Source: Nanobdellati archaeon (lineage in GTDB: Archaea; EX4484-52; JAADEF01). From it: 31,469 nt of DNA. Below, in pieces: positions 17,261-25,472 of this stretch (position 1 is its first letter; each line of letters opens with the position of its first letter). Location: assembly GCA_026997215.1 (NCBI GenBank), contig JALWJP010000184.1:340-31808 (forward strand), in the 5' to 3' direction. The notes beneath the pieces were generated by a model that ran no database searches, was not told the origin of the DNA, and saw only the letters and a list, made by a program, of their open reading frames with translations. The translations under genes and the position numbers were made by a program.

Positions 17261-17785
17261 TCACCTCTTAAATGGAAGTATTGACCTCTTCTCCTTATCA
17301 TCTCCTTCCTTTACTATTACCCTCTCTGAACTTCCTATAACTCTCATTCCCATTCCTGCTAATGATTTCCTAAGGTTACTTTCAAATAGGTTAAGTATTA
17401 TGCTTATGACTATTGTTGCTTTATCAGGTGTTAAATCAAACTTCTCCATATTGACATAATAGAAGTCACTCAACTTCCTCATAAGATACCTGCATATTAT
17501 CATCACTCTATCTTCATCGTAAATAGATAATCCATAGATCCTACCATCTATAAATGCTGATATTAATGCTATTGTTTGCTCTATCCCTTCCTCATTCATT
17601 AATGGCTTTGCACCTTTTGGAACTTTTATCTTTATTGCACCTGTTTTCTTATCCTCTTCTACATACCCACCTTTAAGTTTTGCTTTTAACTCATATACTA
17701 ATAATCTGTAATCAAACATCCATCTTACTTCCTTCTCTTCTGGTGGATTATAACTCTCTTCCTCAACACGTCCTTCTGTTTCCAT
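17261..17785 (-). CDS. Hypothetical helical protein, morphogenesis module
   Basis: 174-aa ORF with GGTGA SD; PLMNEEGI motif. Confidence 0.75.
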   Translation of the reverse strand: METEGRVEEESYNPPEEKEVRWMFDYRLLVYELKAKLKGGYVEEDKKTGAIKIKVPKGAKPLMNEEGIEQTIALISAFIDGRIYGLSIYDEDRVMIICRYLMRKLSDFYYVNMEKFDLTPDKATIVISIILNLFESNLRKSLAGMGMRVIGSSERVIVKEGDDKEKRSILPFKR

Positions 17786-17795
17786 TTAATCACCC

Positions 17796-18122
17796 TTACA
17801 ACTCGCCTATCGTCATTCTTGGTATACTTCTCTTTATTCTTTTTAATAATTCTATAAATTTGAATTCTGATATTGCAGTACTATACATCTCCATATCTTT
17901 TGTTCCTATTTCTTCTTCTAATCTTCTACTTTCTTCTTCTATCTTATTGAAATAATCTTGATCCAATTCATCCATCATTAAACTCTCTAATGCTGATACA
18001 TATACAACAAAATCTCTTGTACCATATCTATCTATTATTTTAAGTATTGTGAATTTTATTATATCATTTATATCCAAATCCTTTATCACTGATGCAACCT
18101 TTACTACGTCTCCTTCGCTCAT
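17796..18122 (-). CDS. Hypothetical protein
   Basis: 108-aa ORF directly downstream of the ATPase. Confidence 0.75.
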   Translation of the reverse strand: MSEGDVVKVASVIKDLDINDIIKFTILKIIDRYGTRDFVVYVSALESLMMDELDQDYFNKIEEESRRLEEEIGTKDMEMYSTAISEFKFIELLKRIKRSIPRMTIGEL

Positions 18123-18123
18123 A

Positions 18124-19131
18124 TCAACCCCCCTTCCACATCTTCTCTATTATTCTTTTTAACCTTCTTGCTTGAGAATATGTTAGTCCAAACTCATCTC
18201 TTAAATCATCTAAATACACTCTACCGTTATTCATTAACCTGTCTCTTAATTCGGGTGTATCTAAAACTTTCTTTGCTAACTCATCCAATTGATTCTTCTT
18301 ATCTTCCTCAGAACCAAATTCTGATTCTTCAAACTTTTCTATCTCCTTTAATAAATCTTTACCTAATTTATCCTTAAACTTCCTTGCTCTCTCTTCATAT
18401 GCTCTTGCCAAATCTTCTGAAGGCAAACCAACTTTTACTGATGATAACTTCTCAATTGTTCCTGTTGCTACATTGTATATCCTTGGTGCTTTATAGTATA
18501 TGTTACCAGTATAATAATCTTTTATCAGTATTCTTGGATTAGTATATACCGTCTGCATACTATTCTCCAATACTTTGTTGTTGAATAGAACATACTCCAT
18601 TAACTTCCTAACTCCTACATCAACAAAACTTATGTGTGGTGTGATAACCATTGCCATTCCTCTCTTGTATCTAAATGTTGATAAGATATAAAGTATTGCT
18701 CGGTTAATGAATGAATAGAATGTTCTGTTGTTTATCAATAATTCTGCCTCGTCTAATATCACAACTTGCCCCGGCAATGTCTCTCCTGTATGCCTTTGTC
18801 TTCTATTATCCCAATAGTTTATTGCTTCTATGAATGCCTTAGGTGTCCACACAACCTTCTTATCTATATCTTCTAAAAGATACTTATCCATTTGTTCTCC
18901 TATCTTTAACCCCGTATAGGATTTACCAACTCCAACCAACCTTCTATTATTCCCTGTTATAGAAATAACAAACCCTCTTCTATTATCATATATCTCTTTC
19001 TCAAATAGTTTTATCAACGCTTTATCTCCTTTCCTTGGATCATATTGCATATAAACACGAACATAATCACTGCTACCTTGCATAAAACTTTCATTAACGT
19101 CATACTTTAAAAAGATTCTACATATTTCCAA
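18124..19131 (-). CDS. P-loop ATPase of morphogenesis (Zot/fusellovirus B251-like) type with C-terminal HTH
   Basis: ITGNNRRLVGVGKS (expanded Walker A), VVILDEAE Walker B, STFRYKR; C-terminal LDDLRDEFGLTYSQARRL HTH; ATG at 19083 is a likely leaderless start about 25 nt from a TTTAAA box. Confidence 0.75.
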   Translation of the reverse strand: MEICRIFLKYDVNESFMQGSSDYVRVYMQYDPRKGDKALIKLFEKEIYDNRRGFVISITGNNRRLVGVGKSYTGLKIGEQMDKYLLEDIDKKVVWTPKAFIEAINYWDNRRQRHTGETLPGQVVILDEAELLINNRTFYSFINRAILYILSTFRYKRGMAMVITPHISFVDVGVRKLMEYVLFNNKVLENSMQTVYTNPRILIKDYYTGNIYYKAPRIYNVATGTIEKLSSVKVGLPSEDLARAYEERARKFKDKLGKDLLKEIEKFEESEFGSEEDKKNQLDELAKKVLDTPELRDRLMNNGRVYLDDLRDEFGLTYSQARRLKRIIEKMWKGG

Positions 19132-19176
19132 AATATATATATAATATTTATTATATATACATTATACTACATAATA

Positions 19177-19821
19177 GTGAAAATAGTGCAATATTCAAAA
19201 AAAAGCTATTTTTTGAATAACTATTTAAATTCTACTGATAAATACTATTATATGCCCCGATACTCTTACAATTTAGATGATTTTATAATAAAACTACTTT
19301 TAATGTCACCGGAAAAAAGATTAAAGATAATCAGAAGAATGTATAACATACTCCCTAATGCTGAACAAAAAGCTGCTTTTGCCTTACTTTATATCTATGG
19401 ATTAAGACCAGCAGAATTACTTGAATTAAAACAATCAAACTTCCAACAATTAAATGATAACACCCTTCGTGTGTTCTTACCTACTAAGAAAGGTGGTAAG
19501 ACACGTATAATAGATTTAAATATAAATGAAACACCTTTCTTAAAAGAAACATGGGAATTCATAAAATCTCGTCCTTGGAAGATATTTCCACGTTGGAATC
19601 ATGTATCTATACTCAACAACACTATATTTAAAACCATCTATGAAGTGTTAGGTATAAATATAAGTCCTTATGCCTTCCGTCATTATAGGTTATCCTTTAT
19701 AATGTATAATGGTGGAGATGTACATGAAGTTGCTGCATGGAAAGGAGCATCAGACATTAGAAGTGTAATGCCTTATCTAAGATTTAAACCTGTAAGTAAA
19801 TTTAAAAGAAAAATAAGTTAA
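19177..19821 (+). CDS. Minimal tyrosine recombinase/integrase (catalytic domain only)
   Basis: LLYIYGLRPAEL (Arg I), KKGGKTR (Lys), PYAFRHY (Arg II), SVMPYL (Tyr); likely start ATG 19252, about 25 nt after TTTAAAT; only plus-strand gene. Confidence 0.85.
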   Translation: MKIVQYSKKSYFLNNYLNSTDKYYYMPRYSYNLDDFIIKLLLMSPEKRLKIIRRMYNILPNAEQKAAFALLYIYGLRPAELLELKQSNFQQLNDNTLRVFLPTKKGGKTRIIDLNINETPFLKETWEFIKSRPWKIFPRWNHVSILNNTIFKTIYEVLGINISPYAFRHYRLSFIMYNGGDVHEVAAWKGASDIRSVMPYLRFKPVSKFKRKIS

Positions 19822-20285
19822 GGTCTTGTTATGTATGCCGCTATGGTTAATGCCGTATGGTATAACCCATCATTTGCCCTAACTTCTTTTGTTATTATCT
19901 TCATTTCATCTATCTCCCATCCTCTCATCTCAAATGCTTCTTTAAGCATATTCTCTAATTTCTCTCTAACAACTTTCTCCTCAACTTTGTCATGGTATTC
20001 ATAAAATAACCCCCCTCTTCTCCCTTTTATTGTTGCATATCCAATTCCACAACTTGCTACTCCTTCTTTTATAGTTATATGAGAATATACTGCTGGTATT
20101 ACCTCTCCTATTTCTAAGGTAGGTAGTTTGTCTATAAATTTGGCTGTCTCAGGTATAACACTACTCAACTTAACCAAATTCACATTACCTACTCCCGCCT
20201 TCAACAATGCGTTATCAAAAGAAGATAGTTCCTCTTTACCAACACCCTCACTACTATCTATATATATCCACACTTCTTCCATCAC
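19818..20285 (-). CDS. pdaD: Pyruvoyl-dependent arginine decarboxylase (makes agmatine)
   Basis: SSFDNALLKAGVGNVNLVKLSSVIP signature including the Ser-Ser autocleavage site; GLFYEY conserved Glu; 155 aa. Confidence 0.9.
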   Translation of the reverse strand: MMEEVWIYIDSSEGVGKEELSSFDNALLKAGVGNVNLVKLSSVIPETAKFIDKLPTLEIGEVIPAVYSHITIKEGVASCGIGYATIKGRRGGLFYEYHDKVEEKVVREKLENMLKEAFEMRGWEIDEMKIITKEVRANDGLYHTALTIAAYITRP

Positions 20286-20292
20286 ACATCAC

Positions 20293-21642
20293 CTATGATA
20301 TATCATTTTCATTAAGATTTAATAAATTTTTGAACCCATACAATGCTATTAACAAACTATCAAAATAATCAGGTGATTTATCCTCTCTATCTATCACCCT
20401 ATATTGTCCATATTTATTATAGTCATATCTTATGTTTATCAAATCATCAATTAATGCAGAATCCTTAGGTATTAATATCTTACCATCATCTAACAACTTC
20501 TTTAATATAAATGCCATCTCTGTTTTTATGTTCTCATACTTCTCCTTATTAAAAGGTTTAGCCATGGCATAAAACTCCTCTACATTATCATACCCTCTCT
20601 CCCTTAACATATCCACAACTCCTGCTCCAACGCCATTTGCATCAACAACTATCTTATACATATTCTCCTTGCTATAATTTGTATAGATATAACTCACATT
20701 ACTCACTACCGATGATAATTCCTTCTTCGTTAATTGTTTTATACGCCTGATATAATATTTATCCTTATGTGGTGAATATGCCAATACTGTTATCACGGTA
20801 GAATCATCACCAAACCTCGCAACATCAACCCCTATCACCATCTTTACACTCTCTTTATAAGGTACTTTGAAGTTATTGTAATCTTTATATGCCTTTTTAA
20901 TGCTTTCGTGAGAATATAATGCATCTTCATCATCAACAAACTTAACTTCATACATCTTAACAAATTCTGTATTGCTCAATAAACTCTTCATTTTCTCCAC
21001 ATCTTTTAATGATAGTCTGCCTTCTTGTACTGCCAATTTATAATCTATCTCATATACTTTGTAATCCTCATCATTATAAGTATTGAAAAAGTGGTTCTTC
21101 ATTATTGGTGTTCCGTTCTCTAATATGATGCCATCTTTCTTAACGGTTCTCATAACATAATTCCGGTATTTGTAATCGTCTATAATCACACTCTCATCAA
21201 CTATCAATAAGTCTGCATTATATAATACATTCTTCCATAACTTATCATGTATATGTGCTGCTATTATCTTGCTATTATTTTTAAAAACAATTTTATCGTC
21301 AGAAAATTCCGGTCTTGGTACACTAAAATGTTCCTTTATATATTGTTGGCTTATTAATGGGCTTCTCTCTATTAAGTTCTTTATATATCCCATAACCATC
21401 TTAGATTGTTTACTATTGTTTGACATTATCACAACTTCAACATTATCATTCAATATAGCAAATAGTAATCCCGATATTGCAGATATATAAGATTTTCCCC
21501 ATTTCGGTGGTGCTAATATCAGTAACCTTTTAGTATGGGCTAAAACATCCTCTAATATATTTAATTGTGTGTTTGTTAATTCAACTTCTGGTAACAATGT
21601 TTTCACAATCATCTTCACAAAAAAATCCACTATTATCACCAA
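20293..21642 (-). CDS. terL: Terminase large subunit (ATPase + RNase H-like nuclease)
   Basis: LTNTQ Q-motif, APPKWGKS Walker A, LLIVDES Walker B, GTP coupling motif; nuclease GVDVARFGDDST, VVDANGVG, SPDYFDS. Confidence 0.88.
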   Translation of the reverse strand: MVIIVDFFVKMIVKTLLPEVELTNTQLNILEDVLAHTKRLLILAPPKWGKSYISAISGLLFAILNDNVEVVIMSNNSKQSKMVMGYIKNLIERSPLISQQYIKEHFSVPRPEFSDDKIVFKNNSKIIAAHIHDKLWKNVLYNADLLIVDESVIIDDYKYRNYVMRTVKKDGIILENGTPIMKNHFFNTYNDEDYKVYEIDYKLAVQEGRLSLKDVEKMKSLLSNTEFVKMYEVKFVDDEDALYSHESIKKAYKDYNNFKVPYKESVKMVIGVDVARFGDDSTVITVLAYSPHKDKYYIRRIKQLTKKELSSVVSNVSYIYTNYSKENMYKIVVDANGVGAGVVDMLRERGYDNVEEFYAMAKPFNKEKYENIKTEMAFILKKLLDDGKILIPKDSALIDDLINIRYDYNKYGQYRVIDREDKSPDYFDSLLIALYGFKNLLNLNENDIS

Positions 21643-22098
21643 TTATATACTTGCTGTTTGTATCTTCTTATTAGATAACCATTCTTTATATAAATTCTTT
21701 ATCATCTCTATATTGTCTGTATGTATCTTTGTGATATTTGTTTGTTCCTCAATATCATCATCTTTCAACCTAAATGCACTTAATACCTTTCCATATTCTT
21801 TACCAATATCAACTATTGCTTTGATGGCATCTAACTTCTCCTTCGCGTTTGAGGAATAAAACAATATCTTCTGTGCTTCTTTTAAGCTTTTGGCAAATGC
21901 AAAATGTAAAGCAACGCCAACCTCTTTGACTTCCTTGGTTGACGCTGCTTTTAGGATCCATTTTATATCCCTATTTATTGTCTCATATCTAACTCCATAT
22001 TTCTCTGCTAATGCTGTTCTGTTTATATTGAATAATCCTATCTCTTCTATTAATTTCTTTATCTCTAACCTTCTCTCCATTGTTTTTAATGGTGGCAT
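21643..22098 (-). CDS. HTH protein, putative terminase small subunit
   Basis: NRTALAEKYGVRYETINRDI HTH; immediately upstream of terL. Confidence 0.6.
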   Translation of the reverse strand: MPPLKTMERRLEIKKLIEEIGLFNINRTALAEKYGVRYETINRDIKWILKAASTKEVKEVGVALHFAFAKSLKEAQKILFYSSNAKEKLDAIKAIVDIGKEYGKVLSAFRLKDDDIEEQTNITKIHTDNIEMIKNLYKEWLSNKKIQTASI

Positions 22099-22110
22099 AT
22101 CTCACACCAT

Positions 22111-22695
22111 TTATAATCCATACTCTTTAATTAAATCGTCTAATGAAATCTCAAATTCCTTCAAACAATGTGGGCATGTTATTGTGACTAATTTCTTCAT
22201 CTTCTTCTCAACTGCTTTCTCAAACTTCTCCTCTATTTCTTTTTTCTCCTTCTCTATATCTTTCTGTGTTATGGAAGTATCCTCTTTTATTATATCTAAT
22301 ATCTTCTCCAATTCCTTGCTATCGAATCCAACAACAACCTCATCTAATATTGTTAACTCTTCTCTCAATAGATCATAATCCCATGTTGAATATTCAGAGA
22401 TCTTATTGTCTGCTATTCTATATGCCCTTGCTGTTTTCTCATCCATATCCTTCACAATAACTGGTATCTTCTTATATCCTAACTCCTTTAATGCTTTGTA
22501 TCTTGCATGACCGGTTATTATCACATAATTCTTATCAACTAAAATAGGTACATTATAGCCATATTTCTGTATAGATTCTTTCAACAATTTTATTGCCTCT
22601 TTATGTACTCTTGGATTCCTCTCATATGGCTTTATCTTCTCAACATCTACCATCTTTATCTCCATATCCTTCTTGTTTGCCTTCTTTCCCATCAT
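22111..22695 (-). CDS. ParB/Srx-like N-terminal domain protein with C-terminal CPHC zinc knuckle
   Basis: IKPYERNPR, SIQKYGYNVPILVD, ITGHARYKAL, IADNK; CPHC. Confidence 0.88.
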   Translation of the reverse strand: MMGKKANKKDMEIKMVDVEKIKPYERNPRVHKEAIKLLKESIQKYGYNVPILVDKNYVIITGHARYKALKELGYKKIPVIVKDMDEKTARAYRIADNKISEYSTWDYDLLREELTILDEVVVGFDSKELEKILDIIKEDTSITQKDIEKEKKEIEEKFEKAVEKKMKKLVTITCPHCLKEFEISLDDLIKEYGL

Positions 22696-23063
22696 TTATC
22701 ACCTCTTTTATTATAATCCATGTAAAAATCTAAACTTGTTTTGTTTGGTATATCCCTGTTAATTAAATCAACTTGGTAAACAAAATCATCCATAACCCAA
22801 TATTTGTATTTTCCAAACTTAACATACTTGTAAGTCCAATTATTAAACTTCTTAGTATAACCGCATACCTTAATGAACTTCACAAAAAGTATAAAAGTGT
22901 CTAGGTCTTTGTCATCAACATCTTTTTTTAATAAATACCAATGTGGTGCTTTTTTGGCATATGTTTTCGCCCATCTCCATTTACCTAAAACCTCATACTT
23001 CCTTATAAAATTGTTTAACCTCTGTATAACATGCTCATCAGTACAAATATACATAACTATCAC
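22692..23063 (-). CDS. Aromatic-rich hypothetical protein within the ParB/IbrAB cluster
   Basis: WRWAKTYAKKAPHWY...YKYVKFGKYKYWVM; overlaps both neighbours by 4 nt. Confidence 0.75.
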   Translation of the reverse strand: MIVMYICTDEHVIQRLNNFIRKYEVLGKWRWAKTYAKKAPHWYLLKKDVDDKDLDTFILFVKFIKVCGYTKKFNNWTYKYVKFGKYKYWVMDDFVYQVDLINRDIPNKTSLDFYMDYNKRGDK

Positions 23064-23770
23064 TCATATTCAAATCCTTTCTCATTCTTATGTTTCTCCT
23101 TCCACTCCTTCTCCAACTTAACCATATTTGTTGTTTTCCATGCTTTGTTATATGGAACTTTCTCGAATAATTTGCTAAATCCTGATATATGTTTCAATCT
23201 TATTAACTCCTCTGGCTCCATACCTAACCTATTACATATCTCCTCATCACTCCAACCATTTTTCAACATATCAAACACTATCTTTGCCATTGACACAACT
23301 TGGTGTTTACCTCTTGCTCTGTTATGTCTTATTGTTGATGCCATCCTCTCATTTATATCCTTCTCTATAACTACTACAGGTAGGAATCCTTTGTTCCTAT
23401 TGTATATATCCTTGTACAACCTCATTAAAGAATATCTATGGAACCCATCAACTATTGTATATTCATCTTTATCATCATCATAAAATGCAACAACTGGTTG
23501 TGTATATCCATCTTCATATACACTTTTATATAGCAATTCCATTTCAGTATTGGCAACAATATTAGGATTATAATCGTTTGGTTTAACTTTCTCATATCTT
23601 ATCCATCTGACAAAATCAACTGGATTAACTGAAAATGGTGAGAGTCTATGCAACTTATCCCTTATTGTATTTATGACTTCTGCCTTACTATCTAAATCAT
23701 CAACACTATCCATTAACTCCTCTATCTCCTTCACTATCTTATCTAATTTATTCTTATATTTCTTCTCCAT
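23060..23770 (-). CDS. IbrB-like ParB/Srx domain protein
   Basis: PVDFVRW, NDYNPN, SVYEDGYTQPVV, IVDGFHRY, ASTIRHNRARGKH; start moved to ATG 23770 after AGGTGA. Confidence 0.88.
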   Translation of the reverse strand: MEKKYKNKLDKIVKEIEELMDSVDDLDSKAEVINTIRDKLHRLSPFSVNPVDFVRWIRYEKVKPNDYNPNIVANTEMELLYKSVYEDGYTQPVVAFYDDDKDEYTIVDGFHRYSLMRLYKDIYNRNKGFLPVVVIEKDINERMASTIRHNRARGKHQVVSMAKIVFDMLKNGWSDEEICNRLGMEPEELIRLKHISGFSKLFEKVPYNKAWKTTNMVKLEKEWKEKHKNEKGFEYE

Positions 23771-24887
23771 ACCCTTCACCTTCTTTCTGTTTTTTCTTAG
23801 TATAACGATGATATTCCCAATCAATCACTCTCCTAACCTTCTTTAATAATGCAAACTCATCAAAATCTCCCTTGATAACTGCCATAACTTGTTTCTTAAT
23901 GAAGTGGTCATAATTGGGCATATCTCCATACTTAACATCCATCTTATGTACAAAATTAAGCATATCCTTTGCTTTCTCTTTTGGTATCAACTTTTCTATC
24001 AAATAATCTCGGTATTCTTTCCAATTCTCAAACATATAGGGCAACTCAATCTCACCCAACATATCCATAAATTTAGTATAAGAATGTATGCCATGCAATC
24101 TCTTAACTAATTTATTATATAATTCAGCATCAACTTCTTGTAAATATTCTAATGAATATAACGCACCTTCATGGTGTAGGCTACTAACTCTCATATTCTT
24201 TATTGGCACTCCTTTCTGGTATTGTAAATCATAAATCTTATTATAAGGAAGGTTATTATCATGTATGTATTTCCAAACATCAGTGTAACTCCAATCATAA
24301 ATTATTGCGAAGTTATAATGTAATTGATTCTTGTTTCCTCTTCCCCACGTTATGTTCTTGTAAGATAATCTTGCTGTTAATGCTGAAAATCTTGTTGGGC
24401 TCTCTTCTGCTCTTAAACCATATATAACTGCTGTCTTTGTGTTCTTCCAATAATAATCTCTTATTCCATCAAACAAATCATAGAAATCTATAACATTGAA
24501 TTTATTCTCCTTTATTGCAATATCGTCTTTCTCCCTCAACCACTCCTCACCTTCTCTCCAACACCATAAATACTTATCCCTTGTTATTGCTGTTGCATTC
24601 ACTAATCTAAATTCTCCTTGGAACCAATAAGGATCCACATTTTTGTCATACATCACCTTTCTGACCAACTCTATTGTTTGTGGCCACTCTGCTTCTTGGT
24701 CTATAAATATAACTGGTAGTGGCAATACTCCTCTTCTTTTTGCTTCTTTCAATGTTATGTCTAATATAACCGTACTATCCTTTCCTCCTGAAAAATTAAC
24801 AACAACATTATCAAACTCATCAAAAATATATTTAATCCTTTCCTTAGCTGCTTCTACAACATTTTTATTTAAATACACTTTCATCAA
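23754..24887 (-). CDS. IbrA-like PAPS-reductase-family PP-loop protein
   Basis: VNFSGGKDS PP-loop, FIDQEAE, GLRAEES, IYDWSYTDVW, YNKIYD; only one Cys, so no APS-reductase Fe-S motif. Confidence 0.88.
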   Translation of the reverse strand: MMKVYLNKNVVEAAKERIKYIFDEFDNVVVNFSGGKDSTVILDITLKEAKRRGVLPLPVIFIDQEAEWPQTIELVRKVMYDKNVDPYWFQGEFRLVNATAITRDKYLWCWREGEEWLREKDDIAIKENKFNVIDFYDLFDGIRDYYWKNTKTAVIYGLRAEESPTRFSALTARLSYKNITWGRGNKNQLHYNFAIIYDWSYTDVWKYIHDNNLPYNKIYDLQYQKGVPIKNMRVSSLHHEGALYSLEYLQEVDAELYNKLVKRLHGIHSYTKFMDMLGEIELPYMFENWKEYRDYLIEKLIPKEKAKDMLNFVHKMDVKYGDMPNYDHFIKKQVMAVIKGDFDEFALLKKVRRVIDWEYHRYTKKKQKEGEGYGEEI

Positions 24888-25186
24888 TCAACACCTCTGT
24901 AATTAACATAATACTTCTTATTCTCCCTTCTTATAATATTGTTCTCATTAAGGAATTGAACATGTTTTTGTACCTTATTATAACTTGCTCCACATTCTTT
25001 TGTTAAATTGTATACATTTCTTATAACTTTATTACTAATTTTATCTAATATACACATCATCAATTCAGGATCATATCCTTTATATTCTGCATATAAGTAT
25101 ATAAGAAATAATGTATAATGTTCATTACAAAAACACGTTCCTGCTAATCTCTTGTCTCCACCTCTACCACATATACTACATTTCAT
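24884..25186 (-). CDS. Zinc finger + winged-HTH protein
   Basis: CSIC...CNEH; LTKECGASYNKVQKHVQFL...IIRR HTH-wing. Confidence 0.65.
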   Translation of the reverse strand: MKCSICGRGGDKRLAGTCFCNEHYTLFLIYLYAEYKGYDPELMMCILDKISNKVIRNVYNLTKECGASYNKVQKHVQFLNENNIIRRENKKYYVNYRGVD

Positions 25187-25464
25187 TATGATTTTAAATT
25201 ATAAATATATGAATAATAATCCATCCATAACTTATTTAATTCAAATTCATTTCCATGTAATGACTCTAAACATTCACATTTCAAATTTGGAGAACCGTAC
25301 ATCACTTTATTACAACCTTGTGACAACATAAACCCATAACAAAATTTAGATACTTCATGATTTAAAGTATAATAGAAGAATCCTATTAATATCAGCATAA
25401 TAGATAAAAACCATAATGCCCAATATTCACAACTCATACCCAAAGCACAACTACTATCACTCAT
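25186..25464 (-). CDS. Small Cys-rich membrane protein
   Basis: One TM (WALWFLSIMLILIGFFYY) flanked by multiple Cys. Confidence 0.65.
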   Translation of the reverse strand: MSDSSCALGMSCEYWALWFLSIMLILIGFFYYTLNHEVSKFCYGFMLSQGCNKVMYGSPNLKCECLESLHGNEFELNKLWMDYYSYIYNLKS

Positions 25465-25472
25465 ATGATTTT

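Noticed and set aside
17257-17301. N-terminal extension MIRRRGQYFHLRGEK resembling a class III signal peptide
   Set aside because: It overlaps the upstream gene's 3' end in another frame; the SD sits directly before ATG 17256, so the extension is probably not translated.
19132-19176. TA-dinucleotide runs as a microsatellite or special element
   Set aside because: Short low-complexity AT sequence expected in a divergent promoter gap of a low-GC genome.
22111-22695. ParABS partition system
   Set aside because: No ParA and no HTH/parS-binding domain; this ParB-N + CxxC form is typical of genes next to terminases.
23060-24887. Complete Dnd/Ssp phosphorothioation system or sulfate-assimilation PAPS reductase
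   Set aside because: No cysteine desulfurase, DndD/E or SspB/C recognised, and the PP-loop protein lacks the Cys motifs of APS/PAPS reductases.
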